From the IMG/VR virus record IMGVR_UViG_2814123430_000001, positions 691 through 64,690 of that record: a stretch of DNA of 64,000 nucleotides, one strand, 5' to 3'. Position 1 is the stretch's first letter; every line of letters begins with the position of its first letter. This document shows positions 47,414-55,709 of the stretch, piece after piece. This DNA is from a virus (taxonomy: Duplodnaviria; Caudoviricetes). A program made the position numbers and the translations under genes. A model generated the notes under the pieces. It worked only from the letters and a program-made list of their open reading frames with translations, was not told the DNA's origin and did not search any database.

Positions 47414-47538
47414 AAGGAACTATACAACTATTTTGTAAGGAACTCAATAGTTCGTTTCAAGAATTTTAACTATTTTTTATAGTGCTTTAAAAATCAAATA
47501 GTTAAATGCTTACCTTTAGAAACGAACTGAGTTCCTTA
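47414..47538. promoter_or_regulatory. Operator / enhancer-like repeats between ner and c
   Basis: AAGGAACT at 47414 and 47437; TAAGGAACTCA(ATA)GTTCGTTTC (47436-47458) inverted as GAAACGAACTGAGTTCCTTA (47519-47538). Confidence 0.6.
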
Positions 47539-47549
47539 CTGAAATTCTT

Positions 47550-48446
47550 ATGAAGAACTTGAAAGAGTGGTTTTCAATAAGGGAATTGATGGATGAAAAC
47601 TTAATAGGGCTTCCGGCCTCGGACAAAGGAATAGTCAAAAAAGCCGACCGCGAAAATTGGGTTAAACGTCAAAGAGAAGGCGTAAAAGGAAAAACATTTG
47701 AGTACCACTACTCATCCTTTCCCATTGAAATACAAAAACAACTTGGCTTTTCAATGCCTAAAGAGTGGTTCTCAGCAAATGAACTAAAAGACTTTGACGG
47801 TATGCCAAATTCACCCCAAGGGGTAAATAAACGCGCAAGAACGCAAAATTGGGAAAAAAGAGAAAGGGACGGCGTGCAAGGCGGGGCGCTTGAATACCAT
47901 GTATCATCGCTTCCTCCAACAGTACAAAAGGACTTAGGCTTTTATCCCACTGAAACGCGAATGATCGTCCCGAATATTACAGAAACTCTAGGGCGCTATG
48001 TTAAAGAGGCAATAAATAAGGCCACTGAGCTTGTTAGCGTGCCATTTTATAACACGTTCGCTTCTGCGGGCTTTGGTGCGTTTAATGATGACGTGTATGA
48101 ACCGGATGATTTTGTGGGGTTAAGCGCGCACTGGTTGCAACAACGCGGCCTTCAAAAGAATAAGCTGGCATTTATTCTAACCTCCGGCGATAGCATGACC
48201 CCAACAATCCACCACGGCGATATGTTATTAATCAACCGTGCCGTAACCACGCCGCGTGATGGGCAAATATATGTTATTCGTTCGGGTGATCAGCTTTGGG
48301 TTAAGCGCGTCCAGGGTATTCCTGGCGGTATTCGCTTGATTAGCGATAACAAAGAAATCTACGCCCCGATAGAGTTGATGTTTGAAGATAATTTAAACTT
48401 TGAAGTGTTGGGTCAGGTTGTTTTCATCGGCCACGACTTAATTTAA
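47550..48446 (+). CDS. Immunity repressor c: two Mu-type DNA-binding domains plus S24 peptidase domain
   Basis: Tandem KEWFS..EL...G.P repeats; ASAGFG cleavage site, GDSM.P Ser and WVKR Lys. Confidence 0.9.
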   Translation: MKNLKEWFSIRELMDENLIGLPASDKGIVKKADRENWVKRQREGVKGKTFEYHYSSFPIEIQKQLGFSMPKEWFSANELKDFDGMPNSPQGVNKRARTQNWEKRERDGVQGGALEYHVSSLPPTVQKDLGFYPTETRMIVPNITETLGRYVKEAINKATELVSVPFYNTFASAGFGAFNDDVYEPDDFVGLSAHWLQQRGLQKNKLAFILTSGDSMTPTIHHGDMLLINRAVTTPRDGQIYVIRSGDQLWVKRVQGIPGGIRLISDNKEIYAPIELMFEDNLNFEVLGQVVFIGHDLI

Positions 48447-48488
48447 AGATTTAAACCTAAATTTAAAGCCATTTAAACCGCGTTTAAT

Positions 48489-48678
48489 GTTTCCCATTTT
48501 TAGCGGTTAAACCGCCAATATTTAGAAAAATTTTCTCATTTCATTATTTCTATTTTTTAGCTAATAAAAAAGGGGCTGGCACGCCGCCAAGCCCCGTTTT
48601 ATCTATATTCATCCCGCTTATTCCCGAAAATTCCCGCCCAATCCCTATTTGTTTTTATGTTTCTCATATTTAGTGGTT
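48489..48678. repeat. Transposase-binding sites at the Mu left end
   Basis: Inverted consensus copies at 48659-48678, about 48531-48550 (partial) and 48489-48508. Confidence 0.75.
48566..48600. terminator. Bidirectional terminator inside Mu left end
   Basis: GGGGCTGGC/GCCAAGCCCC stem with A/T tracts on both sides. Confidence 0.7.
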
Positions 48679-48685
48679 GGTTACA

Positions 48686-48690
48686 ATCTC
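48686..48690 (+). repeat. 5-bp target-site duplication ATCTC (right copy)
   Basis: Follows the CA terminus; identical to 13773-13777. Confidence 0.95.
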
Positions 48691-48831
48691 ATTACGCTGT
48701 AAACGTTCAAATTGTGCGTGCCAGACTAAACCGATATTTTCAGCTATTTGTTTCATCGGTACGTAAGGCTTATCTTCGTGGTTGATAACGGTAATATCTA
48801 AGCCTAAAAATTTTGCTTGAATGGATTTCAT
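48686..48831 (-). pseudogene. 5' part (48 codons) of antirepressor-like gene split by Mu
   Basis: MKSIQAKFLG...PYVPMKQIAENIGLVWHAQFERLQRNE, then Mu. Confidence 0.9.
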
Positions 48832-48860
48832 AATTTCCCCAGTTTCTCCACCAAAGAGAG

Positions 48861-48926
48861 CCTGTAAGAAGCAGTGAGTGGAGAAAGGAAACACCGCTTG
48901 TCGCGTGTACATCGCTATCTTACAGG
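48861..48926 (-). ncRNA. Structured leader / cis-antisense element upstream of split antirepressor
   Basis: 9-bp closing stem CCTGTAAGA/TCTTACAGG; internal TTTCC-TTTCTCCAC complementary to the RBS region GTGGAGAAA-CTGG-GGAAA. Confidence 0.45.
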
Positions 48927-48929
48927 TAA

Positions 48930-48957
48930 TAAAAAACCGACTATTTCTAGTCGGTTA
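48930..48957 (-). terminator. Terminator after tail gene T
   Basis: AACCGACTA-GAAA-TAGTCGGTT plus T-tract. Confidence 0.75.
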
Positions 48958-49634
48958 TCGATTTGCTAAATAAGCCGCCGAACCGTCGTCATCGTCATTT
49001 TTATTCGTTTGATCTCTAAAAAACGGCATAAAATCTGACAATTCAGGCTCTTTCCCTTTTGGATCTCGGTTTATCATTGCGAGCAAGTGCGATATTTGGG
49101 CAGTCCTGTAATCTTCGCGCCAAATGCCGAATGGCTGCTCTTGGTAAAATAACTGATATTCCCTAAAGTGGCTTTCCGGCATTTGCTCTATTTCTTCCAG
49201 CGTTTTCCCCAACGAAAGCGATAAGTTTATTTGGAGCTTTCGTCGGTCGCTAAGTTTTTTGGGAGTAAATCCATCACCGCGATATTTAACGCCTCATACA
49301 ATCCTTTATCCAGGGAGCGTAAAGCCGCTAAGTCGTCTTGGTTGTTAGGGTCAAATAAGTTTTTTCCATCCGCATCACACAAACGAATAGCCAGCACACG
49401 GGATAATCGATCAGGGTCATGTACCTTGGTGAGCTGTTTTGTTAGTTCTTCTTCGTCGTCATAGTTGAGCTCAATCCCTTGCTTTTCAGCAAGTTTCAAC
49501 AACTCATTGTGTTGGCCATATAATGCTTGATTCATTTCGCCAACATTAAATTCTCGGAAAAAATATGTTACGCCGTTGTAGTTAAATGGGTGTACTTTAG
49601 GTTTGTTTTTTAATAATTCTTCACGCAAGCTCAT
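48955..49634 (-). CDS. Tail assembly chaperones G (49227-49634) and G-T (-1 frameshift)
   Basis: C CCA AAA heptamer at 49257-49263; -1 frame reads PKKLSDRRKLQINLSLSLGKTLEEIEQMP into the T ORF. Confidence 0.85.
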
Positions 49635-49693
49635 TTTTAAAATCCTTTAGATTGATGGAAAAAGACCGCACTTTTAAAGTGCGGTCGTATGGA

Positions 49694-50350
49694 TTAAGCG
49701 TTTACAGGTAATAAGTAATCGCGTTTCGCTTTTTTAATGGTTACACCGGAATCAAATTTACCTTTAACCTCACCGCTGAAATTTGGTGAAGTTTGAATAA
49801 ACCCGGTACCGTAAAGCGAGCCTTGATTATTTTTCATCACCATCATCCAAGGGAAAGTTTCTTTGGCGTAGAATTTCTTACGCAAATCTTGTTGCATTGG
49901 TGTTGCCGGAGCGTAGAAGAAAGTCAGTTTGATTGAACCATACTCAATTTCTCCAGCCTCAGTCTCTGTCCCCTCGGAGCACATTGTTGTAATATCCTCC
50001 TCTCCAAGAGTGTCTCCATCACCCTCAATTTGCTTAATAGCGCAGAAATTAGATGACCATTTGACGACCGCCACTTTTGCTGATGAAAAATCCGTTGGTG
50101 CATCTTGACCGCTCCAATCGACCTCATCGGCGAGAGTGATTTTATCTGTTGCAATAGATTTAACAGGATAGAAACCATCTAATGCACCGAGACCAGTAAT
50201 CTTCACAAAGTCACCAGTTTTTGCACCATGGCCGGTTGCAGTAATTGTTGCATTCGGTTTTACGGTTGCTGCGGTAACTGCTTTGCCCTCATTTAAGCCC
50301 ACGCCCAAATAAAATTTAGTCCCCTGAAAAGAGGTTGTTTGTGTTGGCAT
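49694..50350 (-). CDS. Major tail tube protein (lambdoid)
   Basis: TTSFQGTKFY..., DITTMCSEG.ETEAG; position before chaperones. Confidence 0.85.
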   Translation of the reverse strand: MPTQTTSFQGTKFYLGVGLNEGKAVTAATVKPNATITATGHGAKTGDFVKITGLGALDGFYPVKSIATDKITLADEVDWSGQDAPTDFSSAKVAVVKWSSNFCAIKQIEGDGDTLGEEDITTMCSEGTETEAGEIEYGSIKLTFFYAPATPMQQDLRKKFYAKETFPWMMVMKNNQGSLYGTGFIQTSPNFSGEVKGKFDSGVTIKKAKRDYLLPVNA

Positions 50351-50352
50351 AT

Positions 50353-50763
50353 TTAGTCCTCGTATTTAATTTGATATTTAAGGTTGGATACAAACCAAGT
50401 GCGGTTAGTCGTATCTTGTTCATACTCATAACCGCTTAACGTGATTTCGGTAATCTCTTCCGGTAAATCTCCGTTGTCTACCGCACTTTCCAACCTTTTT
50501 TTGATTTTTTCGGCGATTTCGTCCAGCGCATCTTCGCCAATAGCCGTTTTTAAGTAAGTTGCAATGTTGAGATCGGCTATATACTCGTAATGACACAAAT
50601 CAACCGGCTCCGCTTGGATTGCATCAATAAAAACAGCAACTGCCGACTGCTCTTGATCGATGTCAATAAATAACGGCCTGCCTGAGTAAACCTCATTCAC
50701 GCCAATTTGTGACTCTTTCAAAAGTGAGGTTAGTTTTTGTCTGATTTTTTTGTGTATTAGCAT
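50353..50763 (-). CDS. Tail terminator, lambda U-like
   Basis: HKKIRQK...AVAVFI...ALDEIAE..; gene order. Confidence 0.8.
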   Translation of the reverse strand: MLIHKKIRQKLTSLLKESQIGVNEVYSGRPLFIDIDQEQSAVAVFIDAIQAEPVDLCHYEYIADLNIATYLKTAIGEDALDEIAEKIKKRLESAVDNGDLPEEITEITLSGYEYEQDTTNRTWFVSNLKYQIKYED

Positions 50764-50772
50764 AGTAATAGC

Positions 50773-51303
50773 CTATTTTTTAAAAGCGCTTGTGAGCTTT
50801 TTAGCTATCTCGACCTTAATTTGACTGCCATAGTCTTTAAGCTCGGCTCTAAACGCGTTTGTAAGTGGAGCAGCGAGTGGGATTTTTACAACATCAATCG
50901 GATAACGTGCCTGACCTTTACGCTGCATGATGTGTGTTCGCCCGTTTTTAAGTTTTTGCTTAAATCCGCGCTCTACACCATAAGGACCGACAAGGATTGC
51001 GCCGTTACCTTCGTATAATTTATCCCCTCCGGCTTTCAGCAGGTTAATTAACGGAAGTTTCCGGCGATCAACTAAGATTTCAGCTTCCGGGCGTTCGCTA
51101 GTCGCTCGGCGTCGCAATCTTGCGCGCTTACGTACAATTTTTTGCTGTATGCTAAGCTCTTTTGCTACTTTCCTTGTCCCGTTTTGCATTGCTCGTCTTG
51201 CAACAGTATTTATTGCGCTAACCGCAGCTTTTGGCGTGTCCCGCTTGGCTTTGCCAAAATTTGCGCTTAATTGCTCAATCCCATCAACGCTTGATTTCAT
51301 CAT
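50773..51303 (-). CDS. Minor tail protein, lambda Z-like
   Basis: Basic protein; AINTVA...QRKGQARYPIDVVKIP. Confidence 0.8.
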   Translation of the reverse strand: MMKSSVDGIEQLSANFGKAKRDTPKAAVSAINTVARRAMQNGTRKVAKELSIQQKIVRKRARLRRRATSERPEAEILVDRRKLPLINLLKAGGDKLYEGNGAILVGPYGVERGFKQKLKNGRTHIMQRKGQARYPIDVVKIPLAAPLTNAFRAELKDYGSQIKVEIAKKLTSAFKK

Positions 51304-51614
51304 TACTCCAACTGCAACACGATCTTGCCATCTTCAAAACTAAAACCACGCACAACATATTCCGTGGTTGTTGTTGTGATAACATCGCCAAGTTTAGGCT
51401 TATAGCCGGACGCCCTGAAAAGTGTTAGCGTTCGAGTCGTACCATTAATTAAGTAATCATCGCTATAATTTCCACCCATCACCTTCGGCGTCTCATCAAG
51501 CACCGCTTTGTATTTTTTACCATTGATGACATAGACGGACATCATCACATCTGATATGACTTTGTCCGCCTGTGCAAGTGCGTCATCAAATGGACTAAGC
51601 GTTGATCTTGACAT
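51303..51614 (-). CDS. Head-tail joining / closure protein
   Basis: 103 aa; gene order between decoration and Z. Confidence 0.65.
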   Translation of the reverse strand: MSRSTLSPFDDALAQADKVISDVMMSVYVINGKKYKAVLDETPKVMGGNYSDDYLINGTTRTLTLFRASGYKPKLGDVITTTTTEYVVRGFSFEDGKIVLQLE

Positions 51615-51918
51615 CTACAGTGTCCACAGATGCACCGCTTGCACGCCATGCAACGCCTAAGCGTTTGTTGCTACCAGCAGTAATCGTTGCACCTTCGGTT
51701 GCCGACCAGTAAACAATCGCACCTTGTTTGATATCATCGGCCGCTTTTGCTTTAACCGTGAAAACGCCAGTAGTTAAGCCAACACCAACGCCACCTTGAG
51801 CAACATCAGATACAGCGATTGCAGCAAGATTTTCCAAAATCACCACATCGCCACTTTTTACATTAGCGGCAGCGGTAAAGCGCACGGTGCTTCCGTCTTG
51901 TACGTAATTTTTAGACAT
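51595..51918 (-). CDS. DUF2190-family capsid decoration protein
   Basis: MSKNYVQDG...SGDVV...GVF.V.. Confidence 0.85.
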   Translation of the reverse strand: MSKNYVQDGSTVRFTAAANVKSGDVVILENLAAIAVSDVAQGGVGVGLTTGVFTVKAKAADDIKQGAIVYWSATEGATITAGSNKRLGVAWRASGASVDTVDVKINA

Positions 51919-51997
51919 ATTTTATTAATCCTTTGATTCATTTAATAAAAAACCGCACCTTGTTTAAAAGTGCGGTCGTTATTTAGGGTGTTTTAAG

Positions 51998-54028
51998 TTA
52001 CTTATTGGTAACTTTTACAATGCCTCGGTAGTCAATCACGTTAACACCTGCATCAATGCGCACCTTGGTAGATACACCATCAACGGTAAAGCCTTGTTGT
52101 TGCTCCATGTATGGAGTGTCGATGCCGTCAAGATAGGATACCTCAATAGCCTCTTTGTTGATTAAGTACCAAGATTTTTCATCTGCTGCCTGTAAGCGAG
52201 CGGATTTGACTGGAGTTACAATGTCGCGTAATGGATTGATAATACCAGAGTTAGCGTCTGCACCCTCAACACTTGCGGATTTGATTAACTGTAAGCCGCG
52301 TGTGTACATTGATGTAGGTAACAGCATAAATTCAGGCTCAATCGCTAACGGCTCACCGCGCGCATTAACAAAGCCATTCATTAACTGGATACCCTTGTCG
52401 ATGTTGGCAAGGTCTAACACTGCATTAGTGATTGTATTTTTGTGAGATGCATCAAATAATGCTTTGCCGTCTTGTGCTTTAGCGTTACCAGTTAATAACG
52501 CAAACACTAATTTAGCGATGGTTGCACGTGCCGCTTGCCCCATTTTTTCGGGGATTTTTGTGAGTAAGTGCATATCGTCATTGATGATTGCTTGACGAGT
52601 AATGCTAAATAATTGCCCATAAGTCGCTAATGCAACGCTAGCGCCTTCATCGCCGATTGTGCCGTAGGTGTATTCCTCACCCTCACCGACTTGCGGTAAG
52701 TAGCCAAAATCACCCAAGCCAACACGTTTAGCCGCGCGGAAGTCGGTTAATGTGCCGCGAGAGGTAAACTGATCAAAGTTTTCCGCTGCGGTTTCCCAAC
52801 CTTTAAGCAAGGATTTGTGCGCCACATCAATTAAGATTTGACCAAAGTCAGAGCTTGAGTGGGTAAATGCCAAACCAACCATGCTCATTGCATTTTGACC
52901 CGATACACTAATACCGCGGTCAACCAATGATGCACGAGCAAGTTCACGCAAGGTCATTGAGTTGTAAGCATTGTCTTTGGCATTTACTTTATCTTTGTCG
53001 ATGCCTGCACGAGCCAATAAGGATTGTTTTACGCTATCACCAACGATGTTACCGTTATCGGCATAAGGTGTTACTGCTGCGCTTGGCGTTGTATTTGCAC
53101 CAAGTTTTGCTAATAATTTGTCTTTGGCTTGCTCTGCGGTAATTGATAAATCACCCAAGCACTCAACCAACAAAGAGTCGTGAGCTGAGCCAAACGGTGC
53201 GAATACCGCTTTAATATCCGCATTGCGTTTATTTAATTCAGCTTGCACTTGTGCAGTATTATCTACTGTCATAGTTTGAGTTTGATTTACTGGCGCTGAT
53301 TGTTCAGTTTGTGTTGCTTGTTGTGCAGATGCGCCAGCGTTGCCTTGTGGCTTAAACAACATATTTTTAATTTCGTTAGGCATTTTTTCAAAGTCCTCTA
53401 ATTTTCGTGATTTAATAGACGCCATCGCCACAAGTGGTTCGGCTAGTTTGTCGGCAAAGCCTTGTTCAACGCATTCTTTACCGTTGAGCCAAGTTTCCGC
53501 CGATAGCATTTCTGCTAATTCTTCCGGTGTTTTCCCGGTTTTGTTTGCGTAAGCTGGGATTAGCGTATTTTCGACTTTGTCTAATAAGTCGGCATACTTG
53601 CGCATATCCTCAGCATCGCCACCTTGGATACCCCAAGGCTTGTGGATCATCATCATTGCATTTTCTGGCATGATTACTTCATTTCCTGCCATTGCAATAA
53701 CGCTCGCCATACTTGCCGCCAAACCGTCAATGTAAACTGTTACATTGGCTGGATGATTTTTTAGCAAGTTGTAAATAGCGATTCCGTCAAAAACATCACC
53801 GCCTGGGGAATGGATATGTAAGTTAATCTGTTTTAAGTTATTGCCGCAGTCTTTTAAGTCCTGCGCAAAGCTCGCAGCAGACACACCCAAAAATCCGATC
53901 TCATCGTAAATCGAGATCTCTGCCGTATCGTTGGCTTTGGCTTTGATTGAGTACCAAGACTGGTTATTCGTCTTTGTCACGTTCGCTGCCATTGCCATTG
54001 GCGACAGAATCATCTTTTGTTTTTTCAT
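51998..54028 (-). CDS. ClpP-like head maturation protease fused to major capsid protein
   Basis: HSPGGDVFDG...GLAASMAS ClpP motifs, then capsid domain (HSSSDF, IEVSYLDG). Confidence 0.92.
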   Translation of the reverse strand: MKKQKMILSPMAMAANVTKTNNQSWYSIKAKANDTAEISIYDEIGFLGVSAASFAQDLKDCGNNLKQINLHIHSPGGDVFDGIAIYNLLKNHPANVTVYIDGLAASMASVIAMAGNEVIMPENAMMMIHKPWGIQGGDAEDMRKYADLLDKVENTLIPAYANKTGKTPEELAEMLSAETWLNGKECVEQGFADKLAEPLVAMASIKSRKLEDFEKMPNEIKNMLFKPQGNAGASAQQATQTEQSAPVNQTQTMTVDNTAQVQAELNKRNADIKAVFAPFGSAHDSLLVECLGDLSITAEQAKDKLLAKLGANTTPSAAVTPYADNGNIVGDSVKQSLLARAGIDKDKVNAKDNAYNSMTLRELARASLVDRGISVSGQNAMSMVGLAFTHSSSDFGQILIDVAHKSLLKGWETAAENFDQFTSRGTLTDFRAAKRVGLGDFGYLPQVGEGEEYTYGTIGDEGASVALATYGQLFSITRQAIINDDMHLLTKIPEKMGQAARATIAKLVFALLTGNAKAQDGKALFDASHKNTITNAVLDLANIDKGIQLMNGFVNARGEPLAIEPEFMLLPTSMYTRGLQLIKSASVEGADANSGIINPLRDIVTPVKSARLQAADEKSWYLINKEAIEVSYLDGIDTPYMEQQQGFTVDGVSTKVRIDAGVNVIDYRGIVKVTNK

Positions 54029-55487
54029 TTGTCGTACCTGTGTTAGTTAAATCCGTGTCAAACTTCAGCCCTAATTCTCGGTTTTCGTCCACCTCAACTT
54101 TACGTCTGCGTTTAACTTCTGCCGGATTGCTACCGCTTGCGCGTACTGCTTGGCTTTCCGTTGCCAATCCACCTTTGATCCGCTCTTTCCACGCTTGCGC
54201 CTCTTTTGTCGGATCAATCCATGGCATCACAGGTCCGCTATAAACAGCGTTATAAAGTGATGCTGGATCAATATCGACTGGCACCTTAATTTCACCGCTG
54301 ACAATCGCCATTTTTAGCCATTCGCGGTAGATTGGACGGGAGATATGCGCAACAAAGGTATCTTGTAAAACGGAGTAACCCTCAAAGCTCTCCACCAACT
54401 CTTGCCGCCGGCTTGAGTAAGTACCGTTATAGTCACGGGCAATGCTTGAGTAACTGGAGCGAGTACCCGCTGCGGTTGCTCTTAATTGTCCATTCCTAAA
54501 GGGTTCGAGATTGACATTTGGTCGATTAGAGTTGATTAGACCAATATCTTCACCTGGCTTTAAATCATCAATAATTGCACCAGGCGCTATCTCAAAGTCA
54601 CGCTCTGGGCTATCTGTGCTGTAATCCTCGTTGTCCCCATAGATCGCAGCATCACCTTTTCGGATATACATCGTAAAGGCGGCGGCAATTCGTGCGGCCA
54701 CACGCTCGCTCTCTTCGTAATCTTTAAGATCTGATAGGCGGACAATAACACCGTGCAACATCGACACACCACGTAATTGGTGTAGGCGTTTTTTAAACGC
54801 AAGGTGCAGCATATTTTCCGCGGGCACCATTTTAACTCGCCCATAAGTGCGGTTATTTTCTTGCGGGTTATCCATGTAAACCCGATAAGACACAGGACGA
54901 CGCCAGGCATTAATCTCTATACCTTGGATTACATTAGCTGTATCAGATTGCCACATAGGCACAAAATCAGGCTCCAATGCCTCAAGGCTAAATGTAATGT
55001 CAGTACTATGATTAAGTCCCACCACAGATCCGCGCACAAGTTGGATAAATACCTCACCATCTCGTAACCAAGTGCGCAAAAGCATTCGCTCTAATTCTGG
55101 CCGAGTAAATTGTCCAGTAACCTCAGGTCTAACAGACCATTCCGCCCATTTTTTTCGGATTTGCTCTGCCAGCACCTCGTCAACATCGCCATTTAAATTT
55201 AGCGGCTGTGGTTCAATATGGATACCCCTTGAGCCAATAACCCGCTCCTCCATCTTATCCAAGATGCCGATCACAATATCGTGATTTTGGTCTAATGCCC
55301 GCGCTTGCTCTCGCAAACTAACCGCACTTTGTTTGGTCGATACGTTAGCGCCTTGGCTTTCGCGTTTCGCTTTATGTGTACGGCTTGGCATTGCCGCCTC
55401 GTATGCGTTCATCACATAACGGCTTTTTGCTCGTTGTGCGCCCCATTTAGGCGAGATCGCGGCAATCGCTTTATCTAATATTCCCAT
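53964..55487 (-). CDS. Portal protein, lambda family
   Basis: LREQARALDQN, RGVSMLH, WIDPTKE. Confidence 0.93.
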   Translation of the reverse strand: MGILDKAIAAISPKWGAQRAKSRYVMNAYEAAMPSRTHKAKRESQGANVSTKQSAVSLREQARALDQNHDIVIGILDKMEERVIGSRGIHIEPQPLNLNGDVDEVLAEQIRKKWAEWSVRPEVTGQFTRPELERMLLRTWLRDGEVFIQLVRGSVVGLNHSTDITFSLEALEPDFVPMWQSDTANVIQGIEINAWRRPVSYRVYMDNPQENNRTYGRVKMVPAENMLHLAFKKRLHQLRGVSMLHGVIVRLSDLKDYEESERVAARIAAAFTMYIRKGDAAIYGDNEDYSTDSPERDFEIAPGAIIDDLKPGEDIGLINSNRPNVNLEPFRNGQLRATAAGTRSSYSSIARDYNGTYSSRRQELVESFEGYSVLQDTFVAHISRPIYREWLKMAIVSGEIKVPVDIDPASLYNAVYSGPVMPWIDPTKEAQAWKERIKGGLATESQAVRASGSNPAEVKRRRKVEVDENRELGLKFDTDLTNTGTTNEKTKDDSVANGNGSERDKDE

Positions 55488-55490
55488 TAT

Positions 55491-55709
55491 TTAAAATCTC
55501 GCATATTTGATTCTGTGGCGTTTAACGCGCTGTCTTGTTTCCGCTAATAACTCATTAAGCATTTGTTGATAGCGGTCACGTTGTTTTGTCCATTCGGACA
55601 CTTGGTAAGATACCGATCGCCCATTAAAGCTAACTTGGCTTTGGGCGTTTTCGATTTTTTCATCAAGCGTTCGGATTTTTTCTTCAAGCTCTTCTTTATC
55701 GTAAATCAC
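55491..55709 (-). CDS. Head completion protein, gpW-like
   Basis: GTG start overlapping terminase stop; QSQVSFNGRSVSY. Confidence 0.75.
   Translation of the reverse strand: MIYDKEELEEKIRTLDEKIENAQSQVSFNGRSVSYQVSEWTKQRDRYQQMLNELLAETRQRVKRHRIKYARF

Larger units (their letters stand above)
13778..48685 (-). mobile_element. Complete Mu-like transposable prophage (34,908 bp) nested in the lambdoid prophage
   Basis: TG...CA termini, 5-bp duplication, c/ner/A/B/gam/gemA/mor, lysis, head and tail genes in Mu order. Confidence 0.96.

Noticed and set aside
48832-48912. N-terminal extension of ORF 48670-48912
   Set aside because: It covers the structured leader; SD and homology point to ATG 48831
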